Assembly (NCBI GenBank): GCA_009602735.1
Contig: WELA01002297.1
Span: 576,805 to 640,804, forward strand
Direction: 5' to 3'
DNA length: 64,000 nt
From: Mesotaenium endlicherianum
Lineage: Eukaryota
The position numbers were made by a program, and so were the translations under genes. The notes beneath the pieces are model-generated. The model had not been told where the DNA came from and made no database searches. It saw only the letters and a list, made by a program, of their open reading frames with translations. Shown here one piece after another: positions 49,051 to 62,376 of this stretch (the stretch's first letter is position 1; the number at the start of each line of letters is the position of its first letter).

Positions 49051-50256
49051 TTAAAGGCCCCTTGCCTTTCCCCTTGGGGATCGTTTCTCGAATCCCTCCT
49101 AGTAGGACATTGCGAGATCGTATGCCCTTGCTTCCCACAGCCAAAACACAGCCCTCTGGTCATCATACAATTGCGAGCTTCGGTGTTGTTTATTTTGCCT
49201 ATCTTGGGAGGTGGACTAGTGGATCGAGTGCTAGGGCCCGCGCCATTAGGATAGTTCCTCTTGGGGGCGGGTTTACTTGTACTAGGAAAGGACGATGGAG
49301 GACGTGATGGACGACTCCTCTTGAGCTAAAGACTCGGTATAACGAATGAGATCGGCGATGGCTGTCCATTCCAAACCGGTGACTGGGTTCGCGTTGAGAC
49401 CAATAGCGTATTCCGCCTGGAGTCCCAAGCGAAAAAGGTGAATTTGCATCCCAGTATCAACTGGAACATCCACTATTTGGGCGACTAAGATACGGAACTT
49501 ATTGATATAGTTTTCGATAATGCCTGTCTGTTTGAGGAGAATCAACTTGTCACGAGCTATCTTGGATGGGTTGTGACGCCCAAAAGAATTGCGTAACTCG
49601 GTACTAAACTCCTCGAAAGTGATGGGCCCCCTCTCAGTCCCATGCCATAACTGCGATGCATCCCCCTTGAGAAAAGTGGAAGCCATCATGGCTTGGTCGG
49701 CAGGGGCTACTTTCGCTAACGCAAAGAAGGTTGTGAGTTTTTTGAGAAAACGGCGTACATCAGAATTGGGGCCGCCTTGAAACTTTTCAGGCGGCGATGG
49801 TTTGTACAAAGGCGTCGGTGCCGCGGCCTGCCCAAGGATGATGGGCGGGATTGGCATGTTGGCGTCGTCGCCTGCGGTCCCTGATGGGCCCGGCATCCTT
49901 TGGGCAGCCTGTGAAAAAGGACCAATCGAAGGGTGAGTGTCCATGGCAGCAACGAAGCGAGTGACAAGGTCGGCCAACTCAGTATGAGTGGCTTCAGCGA
50001 GGTTAACACGGTCTTCTGTACGACCAATGACGTCGGACAAAGTACTAAGTGCCGTTGTCATGGTTTGACTGTCAGTCGTCAAGGCCGTGAAGCGTTGTAA
50101 AATGGTTTGCTGGAAAAAGCGCGGCGAGATTGGCTCGGCGAGCAATCCTCCAGCATCGCTGCTGGTGACGACAGGAGCGGGAAGAGCAGCTGCAGCGGCG
50201 GCGACAGCAGCGGCAGCAGCAGCAGCTGTCGCAGCGGCACCATTGTCGCCCTCCAT
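49045..50256 (-). pseudogene. gag: C2 gag (frameshift before the zinc knuckle)
   Basis: Start MEGDNGAAATAAAA and gag core, with knuckle CFGCGKQGHTISQC in another frame. Confidence 0.85.
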
Positions 50257-51489
50257 ATGGAAGCCGAGATAGCGCCGGAAGAGAGAGAAAAAAGTTCCCG
50301 TCGAAACACGATAAGCGACCGGGGGGTCAGGGCAGTACTGGGATGGGTGACCTTCCCAATACGAAAAATTGCCCCAAATATAATTTCCCAAAAATATATT
50401 CCAGCCACTAAAAAACAAAAAATTCCTTGGAGAAACCGAGATCGGCTCCGATACCAATGTGACGTTTTTGTTTTTCGAGAGGATCTTTCCTCGGTATTCA
50501 AGGAATATTTAATTCAAGTGGGAGGAAAATCTGTATACTCGTGGAAATTGACCAATACTCGAAAGAGCAAAAGTGAAAACTAACGTAGAATGTGTGCTTG
50601 TGAGAGTTGCACTCATAATGACTCTGCAGGTATTTATACCTGCACAACATGAGGCACTGGAGTGCTTCGAGTCACCACCTAGGGCACTGGTTCATGTTCA
50701 ACGAAAACGGTCGAAGGGACGTGTCCCACTCGATCGAATGATCGAAACGCGCAGTTGGCCGTTTGGAGACTTTTTGACGGTTTCCGAAAAACCGTTTCGC
50801 GCCAAACGGGCGTTTTCGCGTTCTCGCGACTTTCTGAAACAGTCGCAATTGATCGCTGAGTCGCGTATACATGCTTTTGTCATGAACCGGTAGTTTAAAA
50901 AGCTACTTTGGCCAATCGGTTAGATGTGCACAGTTCAAACGAAAGTCGCGAGTTCGAATCCGCTCGGATGCAAAGCGACTTTGCATATTTCGTTTCGTTT
51001 GACTTTACGACTGTTTGTTCGTATTAATGATACGACAGTTTCTTCGTATTGCGACTAGTCGTAATCCGAAATCCGTGATTGTCCATTATTCGTAATAATG
51101 ACAATCAAAATAACTCAATCAAGCAATGATTAATTAAATTATCATCTCATAATTATTCAAAGTAACTTTATGAATAATTATGTCGTACTTTTGCGAAGTA
51201 GTCGAATTACGCTACGACGCTTTTTGCAATAGTATCTCGGTCGTTTCGCCCATCAACCGGGAATTAATCGGCACACCTGTGTGGCAAATAATTCGATGCG
51301 ATGCAATCATTTATCAAATAACTTATGATAAATAGTATAACGTATTTTAGGTAATTGGGAAAACGTCCCAAATAGGCCTAAAAAGCTCAAATTGTTACAG
51401 ATTGCGGGTGGTAGGTAGAGGACATATCCAGCAATGTACCGAAGTTCTTGAAGAGATATTCCAGAAATGGTTCGTGAATCTCGGGTCGC

Positions 51490-52233
51490 TGTAAGGTCAT
51501 AGGTTTATGAAGTGCATTTTTTGGTTTCATGAAAGTATGTTTTGATTGTATAGTAATGTAGAGTGCATTTTTGTGGTCATTTTGATAAAAAGTTCATCGA
51601 ATTTGGTCAAGTATTAAGAGAGTTATGGATTTTTGAAGTTTACTTAGTTTTGAGGTCGGTTGACGACTGTCCTTAATTCGCAGTGAGCGCGACCGTCGGA
51701 TTGAGCGACAGTGTCGAGCGATCTGGCCCGTTAGAATGAACTCGAACCTTCACGTAAGTTCGGCTGACGCGGAGTGCCGACTAGGTCGATTCACCTAGAA
51801 GTTTCGGTTTAGCCTAGCGCGTCTAAGATAGAATATTCTAGTAATGTCGATGCATGTATGTGGACGTCAATTCGGCCCGACACGTCATATTAGACTGATC
51901 TGGCTCACTCACGAATATTCTGGAAGGGACAATTTGACGAACACTTAGGAAAATCCATAGCTTCCTCCTAGGGAGGAGCACTTAGGCAAACAATTATAAA
52001 TAGGCATAATTTCTTTGTTTCTTATCAGTTTCCACTTCCGTAAATTTCTACGGGTTTGTAACGACAACGCATTTCATCCCAAATTATTTGAGAGCAATTT
52101 TTTGCTGCGTAATATGTTGAGTAATTTTCTTAAGCTTTCTTAGTGATATGCCGCTGCACTCTTTAGTATGATTGCAACTAGTTCTTTTTCTCGTGAGTCA
52201 CTACGCTTCCACTAGGGCACTCTGCCTCTTTCA
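51490..52233 (+). mobile_element. Solo LTR, family A, within the D2 integrase
   Basis: TGTAAGGTC..CTTTCA with TSD GTCGC/GTCGT (4/5). Confidence 0.9.
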
Positions 52234-52238
52234 GTCGT

Positions 52239-55200
52239 GATCAGACACTATTCTTGATGGCAGGCCATGTAATCATAATATATTGTCAAAGATGGGTCTT
52301 GCTAACTAGGGTATTGTAACCTTGGTCGCTGTTGGGATGAAATGAGCCATCTTTGTAAGTCTGTCCACCATTGTTCATATTGCATTATGGCCGCGTGGTG
52401 TCACTGGCAAGTCCACGATGAGGTCCATGGACATTTTTGTCCATTGTCTCTTGGAGATTGGTAGTGGTTGAAGAAGCCCTCCCGTCTTTTGTGATGATGA
52501 TTTGATTCTTTGGCATGTGTTGCAGCTCCTGCAGTACTCCTTGACTTGCTTAAACAATCCTGGCCAGCAATAAGTCCTTGCGAGCACGCCCGTGGCCTTT
52601 AATATTCCAAAGTGACCTCCAAGTGGGTTGTTGTGTGCTTCTCAAAGTAACAAGAGTCGTAGCTCTTGATTGTTAGGCACGCATCTCTGTCCCGTGTCTT
52701 GTCTCACCCAACAATTTCCTTCTTGCTTCTTGTGAGGGTCAAGGGCTGCCTTGTCATTTGTGTAATAAGGGTGCGCGTCATAGGCGGCAGAAAATCGAGT
52801 TTCCAGATCTGTACTCAAGGATGTCATCACTGCATTTAGTTGCAGTCTTGAGAGGGGGTCGGCCGAGTTCGTCTTGCCGGGCTGGTACTGAATCATGATG
52901 TTGTACTGTTGCAAGTATTCACTCCATCTTGCTTGTCTCTGTGAGAGATACGGCTGCGTCTGGAGGTGCTTCAACACCTCGTGGTCCGTAGTGAACAGCA
53001 CCCTGCGTCCTTCAACGTAGCAGCGCCAAACCTTCAAGGCATGAATAATCGCCAATGCCTCTCGCTCCGTGGTTGTATAATTTTGCTCCGCTGGATTTAG
53101 CTTCCTTGACTCGTAGGCAATGGGCTGCAGTCCCTAGCCTTGGTCTTGAAGCAGGAGTGCTCCTATTGCATAGGAAGATGCATCGATCATGACGTGGAAG
53201 GGCCAATCTGGATTTGGACTTGGTTGTGTGAGCACCGGGGATGTTGTCAATCTTTGTTTCAATTGTTGGAATGCTTCCTCCTCTTTGTTGGTCTAAACAT
53301 ATGGCTTGTCTTTCTTCAGTTGATCCGTGAGAGGGGCTGCTCTGTGCGAGAAGCTCTGGATGAATCTCCTTTACCAATTGGCAAATCCCAAGAATGATTG
53401 GAGTTCTTTCTCGCTCGTGGGGGTTGGCCATTCCTCCACCACGGTGGTCTTCTTGGGGTCCATCTTGATGCCATCAGCAGTCACGTGGAGACCTTGGAAC
53501 TCCACTTCTTGTTTGCCAAACTCGCACTTTGACTCCTTTGCAAATAGCTTATTTTGCTTCAGGATTTTGAGCACTTCTTTCACGTGTCTTCCATGCTCTT
53601 CAAGGGTCTTGCTGTAGATGAGAATGTCGTCAATGAATACCACCACAGATCAATCCAGCAGGGGCTGAAATATGGTGTTCATCATAGTCATGAAAGTTGC
53701 TGGTGCGTTGGTGAGTCCAAATGGTAAGACCATGAACTCAAAATGTCCATATCTTGTCCTGAATGCCGTCTTCTCTATGTCCGGTTCTGCGATGCGAATC
53801 TGGTGGTAGCCGCTCCGTAAATGAATCTTCGTAAAGTACTTGGCTCCAACCAGCCGGTCCATGGGCTCATCCATGCGCGGCAGCAGGTATTGATTCTTGA
53901 TGGTGATCTTGTTGAGGGCGCGATAGTCCACACACATCCTCAAGGTACCATCTTTCTTCTTGACAAATAGCACCGGGGCTCCAAATGGCGACTTGCTAGG
54001 TCGAATGAAGCCATGCTCCAGTAGCTCCTTGATTTGCTTCTTGACTTCGTCTAGCTCCGTGTATGACATCTTGACGTAGGCCGAGAGATGGGCTTGCTTC
54101 CGGGCTCCAACTCTATCTTGTGGTCTACGACTCTCCTGGGGGGTAGGCCCTTGCGCAGTTCCCAGGAGAATACTTCTTTGCAGTCCTCTAAGGCTTCTCG
54201 TATCTCCTTGGGAATGGGGTTGCCTTCTTGACTCTCGATGTCTTTCTTGATGTCTTGTGGCGTGATCAAGGCCAAAAGAAGCTCGTGTCCCCTCCCTTAC
54301 AAGTCTCTTGAGTTGGAGGGCGGACAATAGTATCTCGTGTGCCGGCTTCTTGATATCTTGGGTCTGGATATTCTGGATTACGCGTAAAACACAGATTGAA
54401 ATGATGTCATTCTTCATCTTGATGGTACCGTCCCTCCAATCAACTTGAGGATTGTGCTTGGTCAATCAAGGCGTCCCTAGAATGACGTCGTACTTGCCCA
54501 ATTTCATGGGGAAAAACACTACTCTATCCTTGAAGGACTTGATAGAGAGTGCCAAAGGGTACGTTTTCTTGGAAAGGGTAGTATAGGAAAATCCGTCGGA
54601 CATCATAATCTCCTCGTCGTGGTCAATAGTAATACCGTGCTTGGTGGCAAAATCTGCAGCGATGAAGTTGCCTTGAGCTCCGCTATCCACCAAGATGTGG
54701 ACCTTCTCTCCTCCAAGGTAACCTGTTAAACTCATTGGGGCTGGAACGTCCTCTTCAACGGCGGTCTCCACCTCACTTGGCTTGTTGTCTTCTCATGATG
54801 TGGGTTTTGGGGTGGTAGGCTCCGGGCCTACCGACACTGTCCGTTTTTTGACAACTTTTTGGGATACGAGAGTGCACAATGGCCCTTTTCCTTACAATAA
54901 AAGCATAGTCCAGCCGTCATGAGAGCTTCTTTTTCAACCGGGGCGAGTCTTGCTTTCACTCCTTGTTGGTTTTTTGCATCATAAATGTCATTAGAGGGTC
55001 TTCCACTCTTCCGGCCAGCCGCGGGGTCTCTTCTAATAACTCCAATTTCCATGGGTGTGGGTCCACATTCAGATGTGGAAGGGGCTGCGTACACCTGCGT
55101 TGTTGGTACCCGTGAAGATGAAGGCAACGAATGCTTGAAATCCAAAGTATCCACCTTTTGGGCAACTTCAATGATCTTTGAGAAGTTCGTCACGTCGCGT

Positions 55201-56032
55201 AATTCTACTTTGTTTGCCACCTTGGGCTTGAGGCCAGACACAAAATGATCAATCTTCTTTTGGAGCGACATGTTGGGGATCTCAAGGGTGAGGTCATGAA
55301 ATCTGGATGTATATTCTTGAACGGACGTGGTTTGCTTGAGATGGCGAAGCTTTTCTCAAGCAATTTTCTCCGCATTGATAGGCATGAATTGCTTCTGGAG
55401 GGCTTCACGAAATCCACCCATCTTGCATATGATGGTGGGGGCTCTTGGCCGGGTACAGGATGCGCCACAGCTTGATATACAGCTGCTTGATAGTTACGCC
55501 ACCATGATGTTGCTGCTCCTCTGAGCAAGATAACGGCAAAAGGGACGTAGTCCTCCTCGGGTACTTCAAGGAATGTGAGGTACGTCTCCACTTGGTAGAG
55601 CCACAGATTCAGTTTGGCTCCTCTTTCAGGATTAACGTGTGTCGGGTTTGCCGGGCTTGATGAGTTTCCTTGCTCTTGTAGGCTCTTGTGGAGGCGTGGG
55701 AGCCGGGGCTGGATTTGCATTATTGCTTGCAAAAGGGGCAGTTATGGCAGCCATAGCTTCTCTTGACGCTTGCACGGTTGCTTCATAGGTGGCCAAGCCC
55801 AGTTGGTTGTGAATAGCCATTAGGAAGGCTGCCCACTCATTTGGGGGAACTCCTTGCGGCGGGGTCAACTTATTACAGCGGCTGCCACGGGATCTGATGG
55901 TGCTCCTCCTTGTGGTCCTCCTTGTGGTGGCAGATTTTCTTCATTGGGCTCTCCCGTCGGCGCTGGAGGAGGGTCTTTTGGAGGTGTATTGCCTCCTTCA
56001 GAAGCTTGTTGTTGGTGTTGAGAATCGGCCAT
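52239..56032 (-). pseudogene. D2 gag and pol (PR-RT-RH-INT N-terminus), multiple stops and frameshifts
   Basis: Colinear with D1 gag/pol: LVDSGA, FIDDIL and CFYCKEKGH. Confidence 0.92.
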
Positions 56033-56570
56033 CTTCTTGTGCTACCAAAGTGCCTGGCTCCGATACAACTGTAGTGAAACAGATAAATAAAGTACTTAAC
56101 AAAGTAGAATACTTTATTTAGTCATGACTAGGATCTTTAAACATAAGTGGTAGCTTCTTGAAAGAGAGATGGTTTTAAGAAAGTTGATATATTTCTCAAA
56201 CTTGGCAAGTACAAGAGTGATTCTCAAATGCCGTTCTATGCTCTAGCTATTGTTTATATACTTGCTACGAAAGTAATTTCTAGGAAGGTGCATGTTGATG
56301 TGTTGGCACCCAACACATCCCAAAACTTGCCACCTCTTCTAGAATAATGTACACATATTCTTTTGACCTAAAAAAGGAACATTTAACTTTTGCCATATGG
56401 AATTCTTCTAGGTCTTTCCTCTAACTTCGAAAATGCCTTAAGGTTCAAAGGATATGAACCAAGTCACTAGAGTATCTACACTTGACTCCACACAATACTA
56501 CTCCGAATATATTCAAAAGTATTAATAGATATGCAAACTAATATATTATAAGTCAAATCACTACAGGTGT

Positions 56571-58322
56571 TGAAGATAGAAGCTTGGGAGAAGAAACAGA
56601 AGAAGGGACTACCAATGATAGGTTGTAGCATTGTAGCAGATGGGTGGACTGATCCATGCGGGCATCTTCTTTTGAATGTGCTTATGGTTGTGGGAGGCAC
56701 TAAGATGTTCATGGATGCTATCAACACTGAGGGTGAAAGGAAAATGTGTGACTACATTGGGAACCACCTGCTTGCGGCCGTGGAGAAGATAGGCGTCGAC
56801 CATGTTGTACAGCTTTGCACAGTCTCTGCAGCTAACATTGTAGCTAGCTGTAATGTGGTTCGCGAGAAGCACCCGCAGAAGTATTGGACCCCTTGTGCTG
56901 CTCACATTTTGGACCTGCTGTTGAAAGACCTAGGAAAGATAAAAGAGCTAGAGGGCATCATCGATAGCTTCACACTTGGTCCAGCTTGTTGCAAACCACC
57001 ACATACCTCACGCTCTTTACCATGAGCATGGGACAAGGCTAAAAATAAACTAGAGTTGTTGAAGCCAGGACCTACGAGGTTTGCTAGTAACTTCCTTTGC
57101 TTGCAAAGACTCTCATCGTTGTGAGGGATATCTTACAAGCTAGGGTGTGTGACAGTAGGTGGCTTGAGTGGGCGGTAAAGAACGGTTTTGTAGGTGAGGC
57201 TACAAAGGTTAGAGACCTAGTTCGTGACATGAACTTTGGGAGCGAGTGAAGGTATGGGTAGCCGTGTGTGAGCCGATCGTAGTTCTTCTTCGACTAGTCG
57301 ACTCTCCACAACCTTCTCTTGGGAAGATCTAGGCTCGCATGAGTGCCATTAAAATTCATATGCATGAGGTTGGAGGACTCAAACCAACACAAAGAACCCA
57401 AGTTAAGAAGGACGTGAAGGCTCGCTGGGAGCAGCTTCACAGCCCCCTACATTCTGCGGGTAAAAGTATATTTTGTTGTTGCTCACCTTTCTTGCTTGGC
57501 GACTGCTGTTCTCTTGTATGCTTGTTATTGTGTGCCGGTCATTGTCATTGTGCTTGTTATTGTTATTGCTCTCTTTTTGTGTCAAGTGCATTGTGTTGTG
57601 GATCATATACTGAGTTTGCTTATTGACTTTGTGTGGCTACAGGATACTATCTGGACCCCAAGTTCCAAGACCATGAGTCTTGGGCTGTTGAGAAGTATCT
57701 ACTAACCGATTGGTCCGACGTGCGGAATACCCTTGTCGGAGGAGGTGTGGCTGACCGAGCGTTGGTGGATCGAGAGTTGGCGCTCTACCGACAGAGCGGT
57801 GACATTTTTGGCGATGACGTTTGCAAGGCTAATAAGACCATGATGCCTGCTCACGTGTGGTGGGAAACATACGGAAGTCATTGTCCTAATCTTCGGCTTC
57901 TTGCTATGAGAATACTGTCGCAACCTGGTTCAGCAGCTGCATGTGAGAGAAATTGGTCTGAGTACGGGTTTGTTCATAGTCCACTTCGCAATAGTCTGCT
58001 CCCTACTAGAGCAAAGAAGTTAGTGTACGTGCATTCTATGTTGAGACTTCAGGAGAAGAGTTTGGACTTCCTTGGACCAAGTGTTGGCGCAACTCAATGG
58101 GTTGAAAAGGCGAAGTTCTTAGAGACACCTAAAAAGGAGGGTCTCAATCTTGCCATGCACACCTCGTTGAGTGAGGAAGGGGAGATGGAGGTAGAGGAAG
58201 AGGAGGTAGAGGAAGAAGAGGTGGAGGAGCGATCGAGTGTTAGAATTAGCTTGTACTTAGAATTGTTGTCGAACTCATTTTTTCTTTCTAAGCCTTTGCT
58301 CACTCTTAAATGTCGCATTTAA
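56571..58322 (+). pseudogene. hAT transposase catalytic region and C-terminal dimerization domain (decayed, one intron)
   Basis: IVADGWTD, WTPCAAHILDL, PTRFAS, LHSAG|YYLDP and WWETYG..LAMRILSQPGSAAACERNWS. Confidence 0.92.
57460..57642 (+). other. Spliceosomal intron in the hAT transposase
   Basis: GT..AG boundaries and T-rich content. Removing it gives GCG G|GA TAC TAT, i.e. LHSAGYYLDP, the conserved hAT motif. Confidence 0.8.
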
Positions 58323-59361
58323 AAGAATTTCTTACTTATTATACATGCTTGTTAAAAGGCTTAATCTTCTTCACACTTGTTTGTTAAAGCTTATTATACT
58401 CAATGAAGAAGCAAATATCCTCCTCAGCCTCCTGCTGATGTAATTAACTTTATGAAGAAGTACTAAAAACAAGCTCTGCTAAGCAGCCCTCCAAGTAGTT
58501 TCTTACACTTTTTTTCGCTAAGTCTAAATTGTTTTTTTTCACACATGGAGGCAATAAATAAGTACTTCTTCATTCTTATGTGTTTGTTGATTATGAGTGT
58601 GAGTGACTTTATAAGCTTTACTAAAGCTTGTTAGTCTCAGATATGATGAAAAAGTATTCTTACATCTTATGTCTGAACTAACCAAGTCGTTAAAAAGTAC
58701 AAAAAAAAGGCTCTGCTAATCGGCCCTCCCAATTTCCCCTCCCATTTTCCCTTCCAAGTCTTTTCAAAACAGCTTACAACAACAAACCGCCACAATGGTA
58801 AAGACCGCTTTATGGCCCTTTCGTAATGCTGCGCTATTCGCTGTCGGTGGCAAGGGTTCAAGCCCGTCTTCTTGCATCATTGGCACCCAATCGCGTCAGA
58901 CTTCAGTAGTCATTTTTGTCAAACAGACAAAATAATGTAGAGCAGCTTTGTTGATAGTGTTACGTCAACATCAATGAGTCGTACAAATTTGTGTGGCACT
59001 TTGGTAAGTCGACGCCCTCGAGAACCAGTGGCGAGAGTTCAAACCCGTCCGCTTACGTCCGGAGTGAGTGTCAAGAATGAAAATTATTTTTGAGACTCGT
59101 CGCTGCACAGCGGGCAACGAAAACTTTCGAAAGCGCATGAAAAAAAAAACTAACAATTTTGAACGAGAAAACTGTCTGACACGACGTAGTACTTTTACAC
59201 GTGCCACCGACACGGACGTCGACGTTGGAGCTACATGACGTCGACGACATCGCGACTTGGCGCACTAGGCAAACTAAGCTTTTTTTTGAACACCGAACTA
59301 AGCGAACGTGCGCACTTGGCAAACTAAGCAAACAAGCGAACGGCGTAATCCTATGACTATG

Positions 59362-61540
59362 AACTTGAACAAACCATAGTGACACCTGAAGGCAGTCTTC
59401 TGAATGTCTCCTTCCGTAATCCGTACCTGGTCATAGCCACTATTCAAATTGATCTTCGAGGAATACTTCGCTCCAACAAGCTTGTCAATCAAATCGTCCA
59501 CTCGTGGAAGTGGGTACCTGTTCTTGATGGTATCTTGTTGACTGCTCAATAATCGACACACATCCTTATACTCCCATCCTTCTTAATCACAAATTGGACT
59601 GGCGCTGCAAATGGAGACTCGCTGGGTCGGATGAATTCTTTCTCCAATAACTATGTCAGCTGCTTCTTCAACTCATCCAACTCCGAAAACGATTGTTGAT
59701 AGGCGGGTCTCACTGGTGGCTTGCTCCTTGGTTCCAATTTGATCTTGTGATCCATATCTCTCTGTGGAGGTAATCCTGCAGGTAGCTCCTCAAGAAAAAC
59801 GCACTTGAACTCCTCCAACAGCACCTTAATTTGGGCAGGCATCTCAGCAGGCTTCTTCTTCTCTGGCGGCACGCGCTCGCCCAGGCTTTTAGAATGCACG
59901 CTTGCTCCATCAAATGACCAAGCTAGGGCCACCGAAACAAGATACATCTCCTTCACCTGATTTGCCCTGCATAGCTTCTTAACTTGCAGGCTCTACAGAA
60001 AACAATTATTTGTGGTCGTAACTACCTCCACCTGTTTTGCTGTCTCCATTTGACCATCACGCCCTTGGACTTTCACTTGTCCTATGCTCCAGTGCACTTG
60101 AGGGTTGGCTTTTCTTAGCCATGGTCGGCCCAATATCACCTCATGGTGACCTAACTCTGCCTGCTCCATAACTTCATTACTCTGGTGTCCCGCTACTTCC
60201 ACGTGAATAGCTTCCGCAGGTGCACCACACTTAAGTCTCTGCCCATTCACCAAAATTGCCTCCTTAGGCTCATAATGCTTCTGCACAGGGATTTGCCACT
60301 CCTTCACCAGCTTCTTGTGCACAAAGTTTGCACTTGCGCCACTGTCGACCAGACACCTCGCCTTGTTGCCATCGACTACTTCTTCCACGATAATAGGCTT
60401 GTCAACATCTCGTCTTTCGCTTCTCGACAGGCTCCTGGATGTAACCTCCTTGTAAGTTTCCTTCTTCACGCTAGTACACACCCCCGAATGACATAGTGGC
60501 GTCCTCCTTTTTCCTGCTGTTGAGGTTGCTTTGCCTCCGCACGACAGTATCGAGTTGGATGTCCAAGCTTGCCACAATTATAGTAGGGTCCTCTCGGCTT
60601 GTAACTCTGCTGCTGCTTGCGCTGGTTTGGAACAAGTCCAAATTCCATAGAAATTGGACCTTGTCCACTCGTGCTTGGCGCTTGAGATCCAAGGTGTTGA
60701 TGTCCTCCAAAGTTGTGATTGCTCCACTGCCTCTGACTATACTCCACAGCGTCGACCCTCGTTGCTGATGCCATCATTTCTCCAAGACTGGTAGGGTCCT
60801 TGAGCGCCACTTCCTTGGCCACAGTTCGCTTGAGTCCCCTCTTGAACTTGTCCATCATCTCCGACTCGTGCATGGATGGACATTGAAGTACCAGCTCATT
60901 GAAGCGCGATGCATACTCCTGAACGCTTCCTCGTTGACGAAGGCGCACCAATAGATCTCGAGCGGTAGCCTCGGGTGCAATAGGTTAAAATTGCCTCTTC
61001 AAACCTTCAAAAAGCTAATCAATAGTTGCAGGAACTCCAGACAGCTGCTCTTCTCGTTCATACCAAGCTCCGGCACTCTTCTGCACTAAAGTTATGACAA
61101 AGGCGACTTGCCTGTCGGGTGTAAGCGCATAATACTCCATAAACTTCTTCACTCCAAAAATTCATTGATGAACAGTCGGCGATCCACGCTCTCCACTATA
61201 CACTTCAGGCTTAGGCGCACGCACTCTCGATGCTGGTGGAATAAATGGTTGCACCACTGGTTGAACATAGATTGGTGGTATAGCAGGTGCAGGTGCCGAA
61301 GTCGTTGAAGTGGCATTCCCAACAACAACTTGCACCATTCTCACCACCTCCTCGCGCATATTTTGTTGAAACTGGGCGTAGACTTCTCCTCCAATTGCAT
61401 TCGTCATTTGCCTCAGAATCGCCTGCATCTCTTGTTGCTCTCTGGTCATTATTGGTGCTGCCCGCAGCCCCACGCGCTCAACATGCTCGACATGTTCGCC
61501 TCCTCCAGCTACCGACTGCTACTCCACAATATAATATGCA
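59362..61540 (-). pseudogene. A1 gag, protease and RT N-terminus
   Basis: Colinear with A2 32153-34400; LVDSGAS and [10 protein letters not shown]; multiple stops. Confidence 0.9.
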
Positions 61541-61564
61541 AACTTGCCCAGCTCCAGTACCACA

Positions 61565-62376
61565 TGAAAGGGGCGGGGTGCCCTAGTGGAAGCATAGTGA
61601 CTCACGAGGAAAAGAACTAGTCGCAATCGTACTAAAGAGTGCAGCGGCATATCACTAAGAAAGCTTAGGAAAATTACTCAACATATTACGCAGCAAAAAA
61701 TTGCTCTCAAATAATTTGGGATGAAATGCGTTGTCGTTACAAACCCGTAGAAATTTACGGAAGTGGAAACTGATAAGAAATGAGGAAGTTATGCCTATTT
61801 ATAATTCTCTAACCTAAGTCCTCCCCAGGCGGGAGGGCCGCTTAGCAACGGATTTTCCTAAGTGTTTATTAAATTGTCCTGCCGAAATATTGGTGAGTAG
61901 GCTAGATCAGTCTCATCTGACGTGTCGGGTCAATTTGACGTCTACATGCATGCATCAAAATATATAGACTACACTAACTTAGACGCGCTAGGCTAATCCG
62001 AAACTTCTAGGTAAATCGGCCTAGTCGGCATTCCGCGTTAGCCGAAATTACGTGAAAATTTGAATTCTCTCTAATGGGCCAGATCGTTCGACGCTGTCGG
62101 TCAATCCGACAGTCGCGCTCACTGCGGATTTAAGGACAGTCGTCAACCGACCTCAAAACTAAAAAAAACTTCAGAAATTCATAACTTTCTCAATACTTAA
62201 TTCAATGAACTTTGTATCAAAATGACCACACAAATGGAGTCTACACTACTTTGTAATCAAAATTTACTTTCTTGGAATTCAAAAATGCACTTTGTAAAGC
62301 TATGACACACTACTTTGTAATCAAAATTTACTTTCTTGGAATTCAAAAATGCACTTTGTAAAGCTATGACCTTACA
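61565..62376 (-). repeat. 5' LTR of A1, with an internal 64-bp tandem duplication (62243-62306 / 62307-62370)
   Basis: Homologous to the other A LTRs; the duplication is seen directly. Confidence 0.9.

Larger units (their letters stand above)
43863..51399 (-). mobile_element. Ty3/Gypsy chromovirus C2 (full-length, frameshifted)
   Basis: LTRs at 43863-44780 and 50458-51399 are near-identical apart from a ~24-bp indel. TSD AATTG/GATTG (4/5). PBS TGGTATCGGAGC at ~50445-50456 and PPT at 44781-44793. Confidence 0.93.
41702..56565 (-). mobile_element. Ty3/Gypsy chromovirus D2 (decayed), containing C2 and a solo A LTR
   Basis: LTRs at 41702-42204 and 56070-56565. Perfect TSD GGTGT. Internal sequence is homologous to D1. 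Confidence 0.93.
5653..59353 (+). mobile_element. hAT-superfamily DNA transposon, expanded by nested insertions B, C1 and D2
   Basis: Left TIR CAGAGTTACGCCGTTTGC; right TIR (reverse complement) TAGGATTACGCCGTTCGC. 8-bp TSD TGACTGTG (5645-5652) / TGACTATG (59354-59361). CTAAGCGAAC subterminal repeats lie at both ends and a transposase gene lies inside. Confidence 0.9.
3150..62376 (-). mobile_element. Ty3/Gypsy chromovirus A1 (decayed), split by a 53.7-kb hAT nest
   Basis: LTRs at 3150-3900 and 61565-62376. Perfect TSD AGCAA at 3145-3149 and 62377-62381. PPT at 3901-3914 and degenerate PBS at 61551-61562. The RT sequence is continuous across 5652/59362 when compared with A2. Confidence 0.93.
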
